Shown piece by piece: positions 17,255-27,034 of a stretch of 64,000 nucleotides of DNA (position 1 is its first letter; every line of letters starts with the position of its first letter). This stretch comes from Betaproteobacteria bacterium. Lineage in GTDB: Bacteria; Pseudomonadota; Gammaproteobacteria; Burkholderiales; SG8-39. The stretch covers positions 33,046-97,045 of the forward strand of contig JAJDOG010000094.1 in assembly GCA_022340285.1 (NCBI GenBank). The letters are read 5' to 3'. A program made the translations under genes and the position numbers. Under the pieces are notes generated by a model that ran no database searches, was not told where the DNA came from, and was given only the letters and a program-made list of their open reading frames with translations.

Positions 17255-17470
17255 TCACACCGGGTCGGGTCCGTGGATGGCTCGCCGCCGTGTCGCCAGT
17301 CGGGCGAGTACCGCAAGCTTTGCTTCGTCGCTTGACTGAGCCCAATCCGCGATCTCTTCCAGCGTCCGCAGACATCCCGTACACCATCCGCGCTCGGTGT
17401 CGACTTGGCAGATGTTGATGCACGGGGAAGGAACCGGACTGTCACTCATGCGTTGCTGATTTTGTTTCAT
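17255..17470 (-). CDS. DUF1289 (YdhL-like) small Cys-rich protein
   Basis: SPCINICQVD...WCTGCLRTLEEIADW is the DUF1289 pattern. Ends 3 nt before the next start. Confidence 0.7.
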   Translation of the reverse strand: MKQNQQRMSDSPVPSPCINICQVDTERGWCTGCLRTLEEIADWAQSSDEAKLAVLARLATRRRAIHGPDPV

Positions 17471-17481
17471 CCGCCGAGTTT

Positions 17482-17533
17482 AACCACCCCGTCGGGCTTC
17501 GCCCGACACCCCTCGTTGGAAAGGAGGGGAAAG
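17482..17533 (+). repeat. 52-nt double-hairpin dispersed repeat, copy A
   Basis: AACCACCCCGTCGGGCTTCGCCCGACACCCCTCGTTGGAAAGGAGGGGAAAG. Lies between the liuE stop and the DUF1289 start. Confidence 0.75.
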
Positions 17534-17546
17534 TTATCTTCGTTCC

Positions 17547-18455
17547 TCACTTGCGCTTTGCGGCGAGCGCCCTGTGCACCTTCGATGCGGCCTCCCGGCC
17601 GAGCTCGCCACAGATGAAGCGGCCGGTCTCGAAGATCCGCTCGAGGTCGACGCCGGTCTCGATCCCGAGGCCGTCCAGCATGTAGACGACGTCCTCGGTG
17701 GCGACATTGCCCGACGCGCCCTTGGCGTAAGGGCAGCCGCCGAGGCCGGCGACCGAGCTGTCGACCACGTTCACGCCCTGCTCGAGGGCCGCGTAGATAT
17801 TCGCGAGCGCCTGGCCGTAGGTATCGTGGAAGTGCACCGCCATCTTCTTGATGGGGACGTCGCGCGCGACGGCCTCGATCATGTCCCGCACCTTTCCGGG
17901 CGTGCCCACCCCGATCGTGTCGCCGAGCGAGATCTCATAGCAGCCCATCGCGAAGAGTCGACGCGCCACCTCTGCAACCGCCTTCGGCTTGACCTCGCCT
18001 TCGTACGGACAGCCGGCGACGCACGAGATGTAGCCGCGCACCTTGACGCCGCGTTCCCTTGCGGCCTCGACCACCGGGGCGAAGCGATCGAGGCTTTCGG
18101 CGATCGAGCAGTTGATGTTCTTCTGGCTGAAGGTTTCGGAGGCCGCACCGAACACCGCGACCTCGTCGGCACCGGCGGCGATTGCCGCCTCGAATCCTTG
18201 CATGTTCGGGACCAGCACCGGATAGCTCACGCCGGGCTTGCGCGCGAGTCCGCGCATCACCTCGGCGCCGTCGGCCATCTGCGGCACCCATTTCGGGGAC
18301 ACGAATGCAGCCGCTTCCACCGCGGGAATGCCGGCTTCGGCGAGCCGCTCGACGAGCTCGATCTTCACAGCGGTGGGCACCGACTTCGGCTCGTTCTGCA
18401 ACCCGTCGCGCGGGCCGACATCGACGATCTTCACCTGACGTGGCAATCCGTTCAT
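17547..18455 (-). CDS. liuE: hydroxymethylglutaryl-CoA lyase
   Basis: [35 protein letters not shown] motifs. ATGA overlap with the upstream carboxylase gene. Confidence 0.9.
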   Translation of the reverse strand: MNGLPRQVKIVDVGPRDGLQNEPKSVPTAVKIELVERLAEAGIPAVEAAAFVSPKWVPQMADGAEVMRGLARKPGVSYPVLVPNMQGFEAAIAAGADEVAVFGAASETFSQKNINCSIAESLDRFAPVVEAARERGVKVRGYISCVAGCPYEGEVKPKAVAEVARRLFAMGCYEISLGDTIGVGTPGKVRDMIEAVARDVPIKKMAVHFHDTYGQALANIYAALEQGVNVVDSSVAGLGGCPYAKGASGNVATEDVVYMLDGLGIETGVDLERIFETGRFICGELGREAASKVHRALAAKRK

Positions 18456-20452
18456 CGCTTGCTCCGTTCGAAGGCGAGAAGCTCCGCGCCTTCTTCGACC
18501 TGCTCACCGACGCCGTAGAGCAGCTCCTTGACCGTACCGCCGGCCGGCGCCTTGATCGTGTGCTCCATCTTCATCGCCTCGAGAATGAGCAGCGGCGTTC
18601 CCTTCTCGACCGTGGCGCCGGCTTCGACCAGCACCGCGATGATCTTGCCCGGCATCGGCGCGGCGAGCCCGCCGTCGGCGCCGCTTGCCTCCAGCTCGTG
18701 CAGGCCCGGATCGTGCAGCTCGAGTGTGTGGTGTTCCGCACCCTGAAAGATGTCGATGGTGCGGCCGCTGCGCACCACACGTGCGGCAACGGTGCGGTCA
18801 TCGAGCCAGGCGCGCAGCGTCTCTCCGAAGCGCTCACCCGAAACCGTGCGTCGGCCGTGCGGCAGCTCGAGCTCGAATGCGTCTCCTCGGTAGTGGACCG
18901 TCACCGCGAACCGTCGTTCGCCTTCACGGAACAGGAAATCGTGGTGATTGTCCTCGTTGGCACGCCAGCCGTCGCGCGCGCCCCATGGTGAGTAGGGATC
19001 GCCGGCCGTCGCAGCATGCTCCCGGGCTGCCGACTCCAGCCTCAGCAGCTCGTCGAGCGTTGCAAGCGCGAGCACCTCGTCGCTCGCTGCCTGCGCAGGC
19101 GGAAAGAGCATCGCCCGATTGCGCTCGATCAGCCCGGTATCGAGATCGGCGCCGGCAAAGGCTTCGCTCGCGACCAGGCGCGCGAGAAAACCGATGTTCG
19201 TCGTGAGTCCGACGACCTCGAATTCGCCCAGCGCCGACCGCATCCGGGCGAGCGCGCCCGCGCGATCCGGACCCCACACGATGAGCTTCGCGATCATCGG
19301 GTCATAGTGCGGGCTGATCGCGTCGCCCGTGCGCACGCCCGTGTCGACGCGCACATATCGCGACGTCGCGGGCGCCGCCATGTGCGCGATCGTTCCGGTC
19401 GCGGGAAGGAAGTCCCGGTCGGGATCCTCGGCGTAGATCCGCGCCTCGAGCGCGTGACCCTCGAACGCGAGCCCATCCTGCGCGACCGGCAGCGGCTCGC
19501 CCGCCGCCACGCGGATTTGCCACTCGACCAGATCCTGCCCGGTGATCATCTCGGTGACCGGATGCTCGACCTGCAGCCGCGTGTTCATCTCCATGAAGTG
19601 GAACGTGCCGGAAGGGTCCGCGATGAACTCGACCGTCCCGGCGCCGACGTACCCGATCGCCTTCGCAGCGGCGACCGCGGCAGCGCCCATCTCGGCGCGC
19701 CGCTCCGCGGTGAGGCCGGGTGCGGGCGCCTCTTCCAGCACCTTCTGATGGCGGCGCTGGACCGAGCAGTCGCGCTCGAAGAGATGCACGCAGTGGCCGT
19801 GCCGATCGGCGAAGACCTGGATCTCGATGTGCCGGGGCCGGCGCAGGTAGCGCTCGAGCAGCACCTTGTCGTCTCCGAAGGCCGAGGCTGCTTCGCGCTT
19901 GCAGGAGGCGAGCGCCCCGGCGAAGTCGCTCGACTGCTCGACGATCCGCATGCCCTTTCCGCCACCGCCTGCCGAAGCTTTGACGAGGAGCGGATAGCCG
20001 ACTTTGTCGGCTTCCTTCTGCAGGGTCGCGGGATCCTGCTTGTCGCCGTGATATCCGGGCACCAGCGGGACTTTCGCCTTCTGCATGATCGTCTTTGCGG
20101 CGCTCTTCGAGCCCATGGCGCGAATCGCCGCCGCCGGGGGCCCGACGAAGACGATCCCCGCTTTCTCGCAGGCTTCGGCGAATGTGTCGTTCTCGGAGAG
20201 GAAGCCGTAGCCCGGGTGGATCGCTTGCGCGCCGCACTGTCTCGCCACCGCGAGGATCGCATCGCCGCGCAGATAACTCTCCTTCGCGGGTGCCGGGCCG
20301 ACGCAGTACGCCTCGTCCGCCGACGCGACATGCAGGGCGTGCGCGTCGGCCTCCGAATAGACCGCCACGGTGCGCAGGCCCATGCGCCGTGCGGTGCGGA
20401 TGACGCGGCATGCTATCTCCCCGCGATTGGCGATGAGAAGCGTCGCGAACAT
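18452..20452 (-). CDS. liuD: 3-methylcrotonyl-CoA carboxylase alpha subunit (biotin carboxylase + BCCP)
   Basis: [24 protein letters not shown]-grasp core, C-terminal biotinylation motif EAMKMEH. Confidence 0.9.
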   Translation of the reverse strand: MFATLLIANRGEIACRVIRTARRMGLRTVAVYSEADAHALHVASADEAYCVGPAPAKESYLRGDAILAVARQCGAQAIHPGYGFLSENDTFAEACEKAGIVFVGPPAAAIRAMGSKSAAKTIMQKAKVPLVPGYHGDKQDPATLQKEADKVGYPLLVKASAGGGGKGMRIVEQSSDFAGALASCKREAASAFGDDKVLLERYLRRPRHIEIQVFADRHGHCVHLFERDCSVQRRHQKVLEEAPAPGLTAERRAEMGAAAVAAAKAIGYVGAGTVEFIADPSGTFHFMEMNTRLQVEHPVTEMITGQDLVEWQIRVAAGEPLPVAQDGLAFEGHALEARIYAEDPDRDFLPATGTIAHMAAPATSRYVRVDTGVRTGDAISPHYDPMIAKLIVWGPDRAGALARMRSALGEFEVVGLTTNIGFLARLVASEAFAGADLDTGLIERNRAMLFPPAQAASDEVLALATLDELLRLESAAREHAATAGDPYSPWGARDGWRANEDNHHDFLFREGERRFAVTVHYRGDAFELELPHGRRTVSGERFGETLRAWLDDRTVAARVVRSGRTIDIFQGAEHHTLELHDPGLHELEASGADGGLAAPMPGKIIAVLVEAGATVEKGTPLLILEAMKMEHTIKAPAGGTVKELLYGVGEQVEEGAELLAFERSKR

Positions 20453-20457
20453 CGGAA

Positions 20458-21258
20458 TTACGACGACCCCTTTTTCGGCAGCCAGGCCGGACGGCGCTTC
20501 TCGAGAAACGCCCGCACGCCTTCCTGGCCCTCGGGGGTCGCCCGCGCGGCGGCGATGCGCCGCGCCGTCTCGGCAAGCAACTCGGGCGCGAGCGGCGCGC
20601 CCGCCACGTCGCGGATGAGCCGCTTGCTCGCCGCCTGTGCATCGGGCCCGCCTGCGAGAAGCTCGCGACAGATGCCCGCCACCGCGTCGTCGATGCCCGT
20701 TGCTGGGACGAGCGCATGAACGAACCCGATCCGGAGCGCCTCGGCGGCGGAAAACCGCTCCGCCGTGAGGAAGTAACGGCGCGCGGCGCGTTGGCCCATC
20801 GCCGCGAGCACGTAGGGGCTGATCGTCGCGGGAACGAGTCCGAGCTTCACCTCGGAGAGGCAGAATTCCGCCTCCTCGGCGGCCACGGCGATGTCGCAGG
20901 CGGCGACGAGTCCCATCCCCCCCGCGTACGCCGGACCGTGCACACGCGCCACCGTCGGCTTGGGCAGCGTCGCGATGGTGTGGAGCATTTCGGCCAGGCC
21001 GAGCGCGTCGGCGTAGTTCTCCTCGGACGAGTAGCCGGCCATCTTCTTCATCCAGTTGAGATCGCCGCCCGCGCTGAATGCGCTGCCGCGGCCTCCCAGC
21101 ACGACGACACGCACGTTCGGGTCGCCGCCCATGCCGGTAAACGCCTTCGCCAGCTCGGCGATGGCCGTGTCGTTGAACGCATTGCGGATGTCGGGCCGGT
21201 TGAGCCAGATGCAGCCGATGCTGTCCCGCACGTCGATTTCTAGGGTTTCGTATTTCAT
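20458..21258 (-). CDS. liuC: methylglutaconyl-CoA hydratase (crotonase family)
   Basis: Crotonase fold (FSAGGDLNWM, GPAYAGGMGLVAACD), placed directly upstream of liuD-liuE. Confidence 0.8.
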   Translation of the reverse strand: MKYETLEIDVRDSIGCIWLNRPDIRNAFNDTAIAELAKAFTGMGGDPNVRVVVLGGRGSAFSAGGDLNWMKKMAGYSSEENYADALGLAEMLHTIATLPKPTVARVHGPAYAGGMGLVAACDIAVAAEEAEFCLSEVKLGLVPATISPYVLAAMGQRAARRYFLTAERFSAAEALRIGFVHALVPATGIDDAVAGICRELLAGGPDAQAASKRLIRDVAGAPLAPELLAETARRIAAARATPEGQEGVRAFLEKRRPAWLPKKGSS

Positions 21259-21481
21259 CTTGCGACCTGACGCGCCGCGCCCGGCGCGATCATCCGAGGT
21301 GAACGCGCAATGATAGTGGAATACGCCCCGGCGGGGCTGCGGCGGCTGGAGGCTGCCTTGGGGATCGCCGAAGGCGCCATGATGATGCTGGTCAGATCGA
21401 GTACTCTCAACCCGCCAGTGGCCCGCTCACCGTCCCGTGATCGCGGCACGTACCGCGGCGCCAAGGTTAGCAGGCGAAACG

Positions 21482-22756
21482 ATGAGCGAAGCGCAAGCGC
21501 ACGCTGCAGGCGTGCAACGCACCGCACTCGGTGTGCTCGCGGTATGCACCGCATTGAACTTTCTTTCGCGTGGCGTGAGCGACGCCTATGCAGTGTTCCT
21601 GTTGCCGCTCGAGCAGGAGTTCGGCGCCGATCGCGCGACGCTGACCGGTGTCTACTCGGTCTACATGCTGGTGCACGGTATCGCCGCGCCCGCTGTCGGG
21701 ATGGCGTTCGACCGGCTCGGACCGCGCATCGTGTATGCGGGCGGCCTCGCCTGTTATGGCATCGCGTACATGCTGGCAGGGAGCATCGGTGCGCTGTGGC
21801 AGCTCTACGCGCTCGCCGGCATTGCAGGCGGGATGGCCGCCGCGGCGATCGGCATGGTGCCGGCGTCGGGCCTGGTGAGTCGCTGGTTCCGTGCGCGCCT
21901 GCCCACGGCGATGGGGATCTTGTATGCATCGCTCGGAACGGGCCTGCTGCTATTCGCGCCGATCACGCAATGGCTGATCGACGCTCTCGGATGGCGCGGT
22001 GCGTATCGGGTGCTGGGCGTGTGCCTGCTCCTGATGCTTCCGCCGTTGCTCCTCCTGCCGTGGCGCAAGATGGCCGCGGGTCACCCGGACTACGGGGGGA
22101 GCGGGATTCGACGCACGGCACAGGGCGCTGCGTGGACGCTGTCGCAGGCGATGCGGACGACGCCCTTCTGGGCGCTCTTCGGGGTGATGTTCGTCACCTC
22201 GCTCAGCACGTACGCCGTCAACGTCCAGGTCGTCGCCTATCTCGTCGGGATCGGCTTCACGCCGCTCGAGGCTGCGTCGGTCTATGGCCTGGTGGGCATG
22301 CTGTCGGTGGTCGGCATGCTGGGTGCCGGCGTGGCGGCTGGGCGCTTTGGCGAGCGCGCGGTGGCGACCTTCGCCTATGCCTGCTCGATCGCGGGTATCG
22401 CGGCGCTTGCATTGCTCCAGTCGACGCCGTCACTGGTCCTGCTCGGTGCGTTCGTAGCGCTGTTCGGTACCGTCGCGGGCTCGCGCGGGCCGCTGGTGGC
22501 GGTCCTCTCCGCGCGCCTCTTCTCGGGTGGCGGCATGGGTGCCATCTACGGCGCAATCGTCCTCGGACTCGGTCTTGGTGGGGCGGCCGGTTCCTGGGGC
22601 GCGGGCGCGCTGCACGACCTGACCGGCGGCTACGGCGCCGGCTTTGCGCTCGGCGCATCGGGCGCGGTGGCCGGCATCGCGCTTTTCTGGACCGTCCCGG
22701 CGCTTCATATTCCTCACCGAGAAACGCATAGAGGGCAGAGGACCAGCCGGCAGTAG
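21482..22756 (+). CDS. MFS transporter (OFA/monocarboxylate-porter-like)
   Basis: Twelve predicted TM helices. Divergent from liuC and convergent with the MarR gene. Start at ATG 21482, or 21437 per the track. Confidence 0.85.
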   Translation: MSEAQAHAAGVQRTALGVLAVCTALNFLSRGVSDAYAVFLLPLEQEFGADRATLTGVYSVYMLVHGIAAPAVGMAFDRLGPRIVYAGGLACYGIAYMLAGSIGALWQLYALAGIAGGMAAAAIGMVPASGLVSRWFRARLPTAMGILYASLGTGLLLFAPITQWLIDALGWRGAYRVLGVCLLLMLPPLLLLPWRKMAAGHPDYGGSGIRRTAQGAAWTLSQAMRTTPFWALFGVMFVTSLSTYAVNVQVVAYLVGIGFTPLEAASVYGLVGMLSVVGMLGAGVAAGRFGERAVATFAYACSIAGIAALALLQSTPSLVLLGAFVALFGTVAGSRGPLVAVLSARLFSGGGMGAIYGAIVLGLGLGGAAGSWGAGALHDLTGGYGAGFALGASGAVAGIALFWTVPALHIPHRETHRGQRTSRQ

Positions 22757-22763
22757 CGACGAT

Positions 22764-23204
22764 TCAGAAGTCCATCGGTCCCGCAAGCTTCTCGAGCAGC
22801 TTCACCAGCTGGTGACGCTCCGCCGGTTTGAGCGCCGCATCGAAATACTCGACGGCCTGCGCGAAGATGGCGGGGAAGCATTTTCGGAATATTTCTTCCC
22901 CCTTTGGTGTCAGCTCGACGACCACGACCCGATCGGAATCGGCGTGACGGGTACGGATCAGGAGATCGCGCTGTTCGAGGCCCTTGACGGTGCGCGTGGT
23001 GCTGGCCGGGGAGATGAATGCACGCTGGGCCAGTTCCCCCATCGTCACCGACCCGAACTTGCCGAGGATGTCGATGACGTTGAGCTCAGCGCTCTGCAAG
23101 CCGAATCTGACCGCCACCGCGCGCGCGCGGTGCTGCAGGGCGTGATGGGTCAGCATCACGGCACGGAACAAGGCGATGTAGCTGCGCTCCTGCGGTGTCT
23201 TCAT
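22764..23204 (-). CDS. MarR-family transcriptional regulator
   Basis: Winged-helix core LNVIDILGKFGSVTMGELAQRAFISPASTTRTVKGLEQRDLLIR. Start at ATG 23204 (MKTPQERS). Confidence 0.85.
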   Translation of the reverse strand: MKTPQERSYIALFRAVMLTHHALQHRARAVAVRFGLQSAELNVIDILGKFGSVTMGELAQRAFISPASTTRTVKGLEQRDLLIRTRHADSDRVVVVELTPKGEEIFRKCFPAIFAQAVEYFDAALKPAERHQLVKLLEKLAGPMDF

Positions 23205-23242
23205 TACGGCGTTTCTGGCTTGTGGGCGATGCCCGGGGCGGC

Positions 23243-23953
23243 TCAAGATTGCCGCTCGAGCGTGTAGTGCGTGTACTCCGCGAACAGGTTGGGCCAAACA
23301 TGTAGCCCGGCCGTCAGGACGGTACGTCCAAGGCGGCTGTGCCGGCGAGGATTCTTTAGCGCTGGCACCTTCTCGAGAAGCCGCAGCATGGGCGTCTCTT
23401 CTCCGATGAAGCGGTCGAAGTCGTCGTCAAAATTGAAAAAACGGATGTGCAGGCCTTCGCCGTCGTTGGTGTGGAGGAGGTCCTTGCTGAGCCGCCCACG
23501 CACGAAGTCCCAGCGATACCGGAGACTGACCGCATTCGGCAGGGTGACCAGCAGACGGCCGCCGATTCGCACTGCGCGCGCGGTCTCGCGCAGCGTATGA
23601 CCCGGGTCGAAGACGTGCTCGAGGCAACAGAGCAGGGTCGCGAAGTCGAACGCGTCATCGTCGACCGGAAACCGCTCCGCGGAGACATCGCATGGCCGCG
23701 ACTCGAGACCTCGCCTGGCGGCCATATCCCGCGCATAACCCGAGACGTCCAGACCGAGGACCTTGCAGCCCTTCGCTCGCATCAGCATCTCGCCCAGCAC
23801 GCCGTCGCCGCTCGCGACGTCCAGCACACGGCTCCCGTCGGCTATCCGCTCGACCGCAAAGTCCCAGCGACTGCGCCACCGCTTGTCGAGCGTCTGGTAT
23901 TGCGGCAGAGAGAGCTTTTCCGTCCAGACGCGATCGTAGTACTCGGCAATCAT
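23243..23953 (-). CDS. class I SAM methyltransferase (MetW-like / type 11)
   Basis: VLDVASGDGVL motif I, CCLEHV, GGRLLVTLPN. ATGA overlap with the upstream UbiD-family gene. Confidence 0.75.
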   Translation of the reverse strand: MIAEYYDRVWTEKLSLPQYQTLDKRWRSRWDFAVERIADGSRVLDVASGDGVLGEMLMRAKGCKVLGLDVSGYARDMAARRGLESRPCDVSAERFPVDDDAFDFATLLCCLEHVFDPGHTLRETARAVRIGGRLLVTLPNAVSLRYRWDFVRGRLSKDLLHTNDGEGLHIRFFNFDDDFDRFIGEETPMLRLLEKVPALKNPRRHSRLGRTVLTAGLHVWPNLFAEYTHYTLERQS

Positions 23954-25380
23954 TTTGCTCGCTCCTTGTGCGCCGCTGCCCATAGGGTGCGAGCGCGCGC
24001 ACGCTCTTCGTCCGAGTAGCCGGCGACGCGAAAATGGGATGCCGCGGCGCCGAACGGCCGGCACGCGTCGATCAACATGCGCGAGTTGAGCCCGCCGCCT
24101 TCGGCGCCGACCGCCGGGTCCAGCGGTCCGCCCCAGGCGCCGCGAATGAGGTCGACGTCCCGTGCCGGGTCGGAGCGCGTGCTCATTGCCCACAACACGT
24201 CGTCGATATTCGTCGGGTCGATATCCGCGTCCACGGCAACGAGGTATCGACCCATGTAGGCGCCCGCCGGCAGCGCGGCGGCGGCCATCAACGACTGCCG
24301 TGCGTGGCCAGGATGCCGCTGCTCCAGTGCAACGACGATGAATAGGCGCGTCCCCGCCGCGGGATGGCACCAGACGCCGCGAATCGGCCCGACCCCCGCC
24401 TTCTCCAGCTGGTCCCACAGCAGTGCGGATCGGAAGATGGACCAGAATGTCATGAGCTCCGAGGGCGGCCTCGCGGTGCCGACACCGAGGATGATCGGCT
24501 GCTCCCGGTGATGGACGGCTTGCACTCTGATCAATGGTTCCTGGCGCGCCTCGCGACTGTAGTACCCGCTCCATTCGCCGAACGGCCCCTCCGCGGCGAG
24601 TTGATCGCACAGGACCTCGCCTTCGAGCACCAGCTCAGCATGCGCGGGCACCGGCAGCCCATGCAGCGGTGTCTGAACGGTCTCCAGCGGTTCGCCGGCG
24701 AGCCCGCCCCATACGTCGTACTCGCACGTTCCGTAGGGGATATTGAGGCCGCCAACGATCAGGAGCGACGGATGCTGCCCGCAACAGATCGCGATCGGCA
24801 TCGCTCGCCCTGCGCGCTGCCAAGCCTCGAAATGCCGGCGCGAATCCTTGCCCGACGACACGCGGTAGAACACGTGTCGCGCATCGTGGACCATCACCCG
24901 TGCGGTACCGACATTTGCCGCGCCCGTCTCGGGGTCTCGTGTGACGCAGAGCGTTCCCGTTCCGATGTAGCGACCGCCGTCACCGGCACGCCACTGCGGA
25001 GACGGAAAGCGATAAAGATCGACCTGGTTCCCTTCCTGCCGGCAGTCGAGTATCGGACCCGCCGACCCGGTGTGATGCGGGACCAGTTGCAGGCTCCCGT
25101 AGCGCCGCTTCCATTCAGCGACCACCTCGAGCGTCGGAAGCTCGGCCGGCAGTCCGCCTGCGTGCGCCACCCGTCCGGGCGTTCCCAGGGCATTCACCAG
25201 TACCCGATAGCCCTTTGGATAGTCGGGAATGTCATCGAACAGCAACGCCGGAGAGTCTGCCTGCTTGCCGACGAGATCGGCGACCGCGCCGATCTCCACG
25301 CGCCAGTGCACGCCGCGGAGTGTTACAAGCTCGCCTTTCTCCGCCGTCTGGCGGAGCCAGAGCCGCAGGTCCTGTTGCAT
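23950..25380 (-). CDS. UbiD-family (prFMN-dependent) decarboxylase/carboxylase, motif-complete paralog
   Basis: NVGTAR (N-x4-R), CEYDVWGGLAG, AELVLEGEV...EGPFGEWSGYY. The last contains the E-x4-E acid-base pair known from Fdc1/UbiD. Confidence 0.85.
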   Translation of the reverse strand: MQQDLRLWLRQTAEKGELVTLRGVHWRVEIGAVADLVGKQADSPALLFDDIPDYPKGYRVLVNALGTPGRVAHAGGLPAELPTLEVVAEWKRRYGSLQLVPHHTGSAGPILDCRQEGNQVDLYRFPSPQWRAGDGGRYIGTGTLCVTRDPETGAANVGTARVMVHDARHVFYRVSSGKDSRRHFEAWQRAGRAMPIAICCGQHPSLLIVGGLNIPYGTCEYDVWGGLAGEPLETVQTPLHGLPVPAHAELVLEGEVLCDQLAAEGPFGEWSGYYSREARQEPLIRVQAVHHREQPIILGVGTARPPSELMTFWSIFRSALLWDQLEKAGVGPIRGVWCHPAAGTRLFIVVALEQRHPGHARQSLMAAAALPAGAYMGRYLVAVDADIDPTNIDDVLWAMSTRSDPARDVDLIRGAWGGPLDPAVGAEGGGLNSRMLIDACRPFGAAASHFRVAGYSDEERARARTLWAAAHKERAK

Positions 25381-25391
25381 CCTGAGCTGTG

Positions 25392-26915
25392 TCAGGTGAC
25401 GTCAGCCCAGAGCTTGTCGACCCTGGCCTCGATCTCCGGCTTGACGACCACGCGGTCGAATACCTTCAGACCGAGCGGGACCGTGCAGTCGACACCCATG
25501 AGCGGTCGTACATTGAGCGGGAGCTCCGGATGGCCGTCGTAGATGCCCAGGCGCGTCGGGCCGCCCATCTTTCCCTGCGCGAGCGGGTCGATGACCATGC
25601 CCACCACGTTGGGGACGACGAGCAGGTCGCGATCGGCCATGAAGCGGTGCGCGAGCGCCCAGTCCCGCTCGCGCGGGTTGCGGATGTCGACATCGTGGTC
25701 GTAGACAAATACATGCTTGGCGAAGCCGGCGAGCGCAGTGTAGGCCCGCATCATCGCCATCCGCGGCTCGCCGACCCGCCCCTTCTTGATCGACACGTGG
25801 ACGGTGAAGCCGCAGCCCGCTGACGGATCGACGAAGACGTCGACCAGATTCGGCATCACCATCTGCACGTCACGGAACACGCGGACCGAGCGGAAGAATG
25901 CCGCCATGTTGTTGCATTCGTTGAGCGGTAACCCGATGTGCACGTGCTGAAAGATCGGGTTGCGCCGCATCGTGATCGCCGTGACCTCGAATACGGGGCG
26001 CCGCCGCGGTTCGTCGTAGAAACCGTTGAACGAGGCGTACTTGCCCTGCATGCCCCAGTTGAAAGGACGCATGATGCCTTCGACCACGATCTCGGCATTC
26101 GCCGGGACCATGACGTCGATCGTCTCGCACTTTACCAGCCCCACGGGCTGGCCCATCAGGCCGCCGATGAAAGCAAAGTCGTTGTACTTGAATGGCATGC
26201 CGGGGTTGGCGCCGGTCATCAGAAACTCGGGGGTCACACCGATGACGTAGGCCATCGGGAACGGCTTTCCCTGCGCTGGGTCGTGGGATTTCTCGGGATC
26301 GGCGATCTTGGCGCCCCACGCTTCTTCGATCGCGCGCGCGTCGCCGGTCAGCCGGAACACCCAAACCGTGCCCTCCCGCTTACCCTGGACTTCGAAGCGG
26401 TGGTAGGAAAGGTTATGGCTCGATGGGCCGGGCTGCGAGCAGGCGAGACTCGAGATGAACCGTCCCTCGGTCGACTTCGGTCCGCCTCCGTCCTCGGGAT
26501 TGAGCCGCAAGACCGGCAGCAGCCCGAGATCGACGTCGCTCCCCTTGAGCACGATCTCGCGGCACGGGGCCTTGGCGGGATCGACCGTCACCGGGGGGAT
26601 GCCGCCGCTTCCCATGACCTTGCCCATCTTCTCGGCTGCCTCTGCAACGGCGTTAGATTCCGAAACCCCGAAGCACTCCGCGATTCGCTGATAAGTCGAG
26701 CCGACGGTATTGGCAAGGACGGGAATCGCCGAGCCCTTCGGCTTCTCGAAGAGAATCGCCTTGTTCATGCCGCTTGAATCGGCACGCGCGATGAACGCGC
26801 CCATCTCGTCCAGCGGGTCGACCTCGTCGCGCACGCGCAGCACGTCGCCGCGGCCGTCGAGCAATTCGAGATAGTCCCTGAGATCCTTGACCAGTTCGCC
26901 GTCTGCTCGTTTCAT
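25392..26915 (-). CDS. UbiD-family protein, divergent paralog lacking the EGPFGE motif
   Basis: Same fold signature (NLSYHR, FIGGLMGQPVGLVKC, NAEIVVEG), but QGKYASFNGFY replaces EGPFGE-x-GYY. Lies 11 nt upstream of the other paralog. Confidence 0.8.
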   Translation of the reverse strand: MKRADGELVKDLRDYLELLDGRGDVLRVRDEVDPLDEMGAFIARADSSGMNKAILFEKPKGSAIPVLANTVGSTYQRIAECFGVSESNAVAEAAEKMGKVMGSGGIPPVTVDPAKAPCREIVLKGSDVDLGLLPVLRLNPEDGGGPKSTEGRFISSLACSQPGPSSHNLSYHRFEVQGKREGTVWVFRLTGDARAIEEAWGAKIADPEKSHDPAQGKPFPMAYVIGVTPEFLMTGANPGMPFKYNDFAFIGGLMGQPVGLVKCETIDVMVPANAEIVVEGIMRPFNWGMQGKYASFNGFYDEPRRRPVFEVTAITMRRNPIFQHVHIGLPLNECNNMAAFFRSVRVFRDVQMVMPNLVDVFVDPSAGCGFTVHVSIKKGRVGEPRMAMMRAYTALAGFAKHVFVYDHDVDIRNPRERDWALAHRFMADRDLLVVPNVVGMVIDPLAQGKMGGPTRLGIYDGHPELPLNVRPLMGVDCTVPLGLKVFDRVVVKPEIEARVDKLWADVT

Positions 26916-27019
26916 CTCGCGCCTCCTCTTTCGCTACCGCGGGTTGTCGATTCGAGAGCCGCCTCTTGCTGCGATGCCGCAAACTTTTCCGCCCGGTTCG
27001 AGCAGAAAGCCTAGCACAT

Positions 27020-27034
27020 GGAACATTTCCATCT
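27020..27034. promoter_or_regulatory. perfect inverted repeat ATGGAA-cat-TTCCAT upstream of the UbiD operon (candidate MarR operator)
   Basis: 6+6 bp palindrome, 105-119 nt upstream of the first UbiD start, in the only sizeable gap (26916-27109) on that strand. Confidence 0.25.

Noticed and set aside
13532-17423. Long ORFs 13532..14623(-), 14346..14990(-), 15502..16419(+), 16191..17423(-)
   Set aside because: They overlap well-supported genes (crotonase, methyltransferase, MBL, membrane protein) in other frames. Their compositions are Arg/Gly/Pro-rich with no recognisable domains.
19016-20719. 567-aa plus-strand and 471-aa minus-strand ORFs over the MCCase alpha gene
   Set aside because: These are shadow ORFs of liuD, whose biotin-carboxylase and biotinyl-domain motifs fix the true frame.
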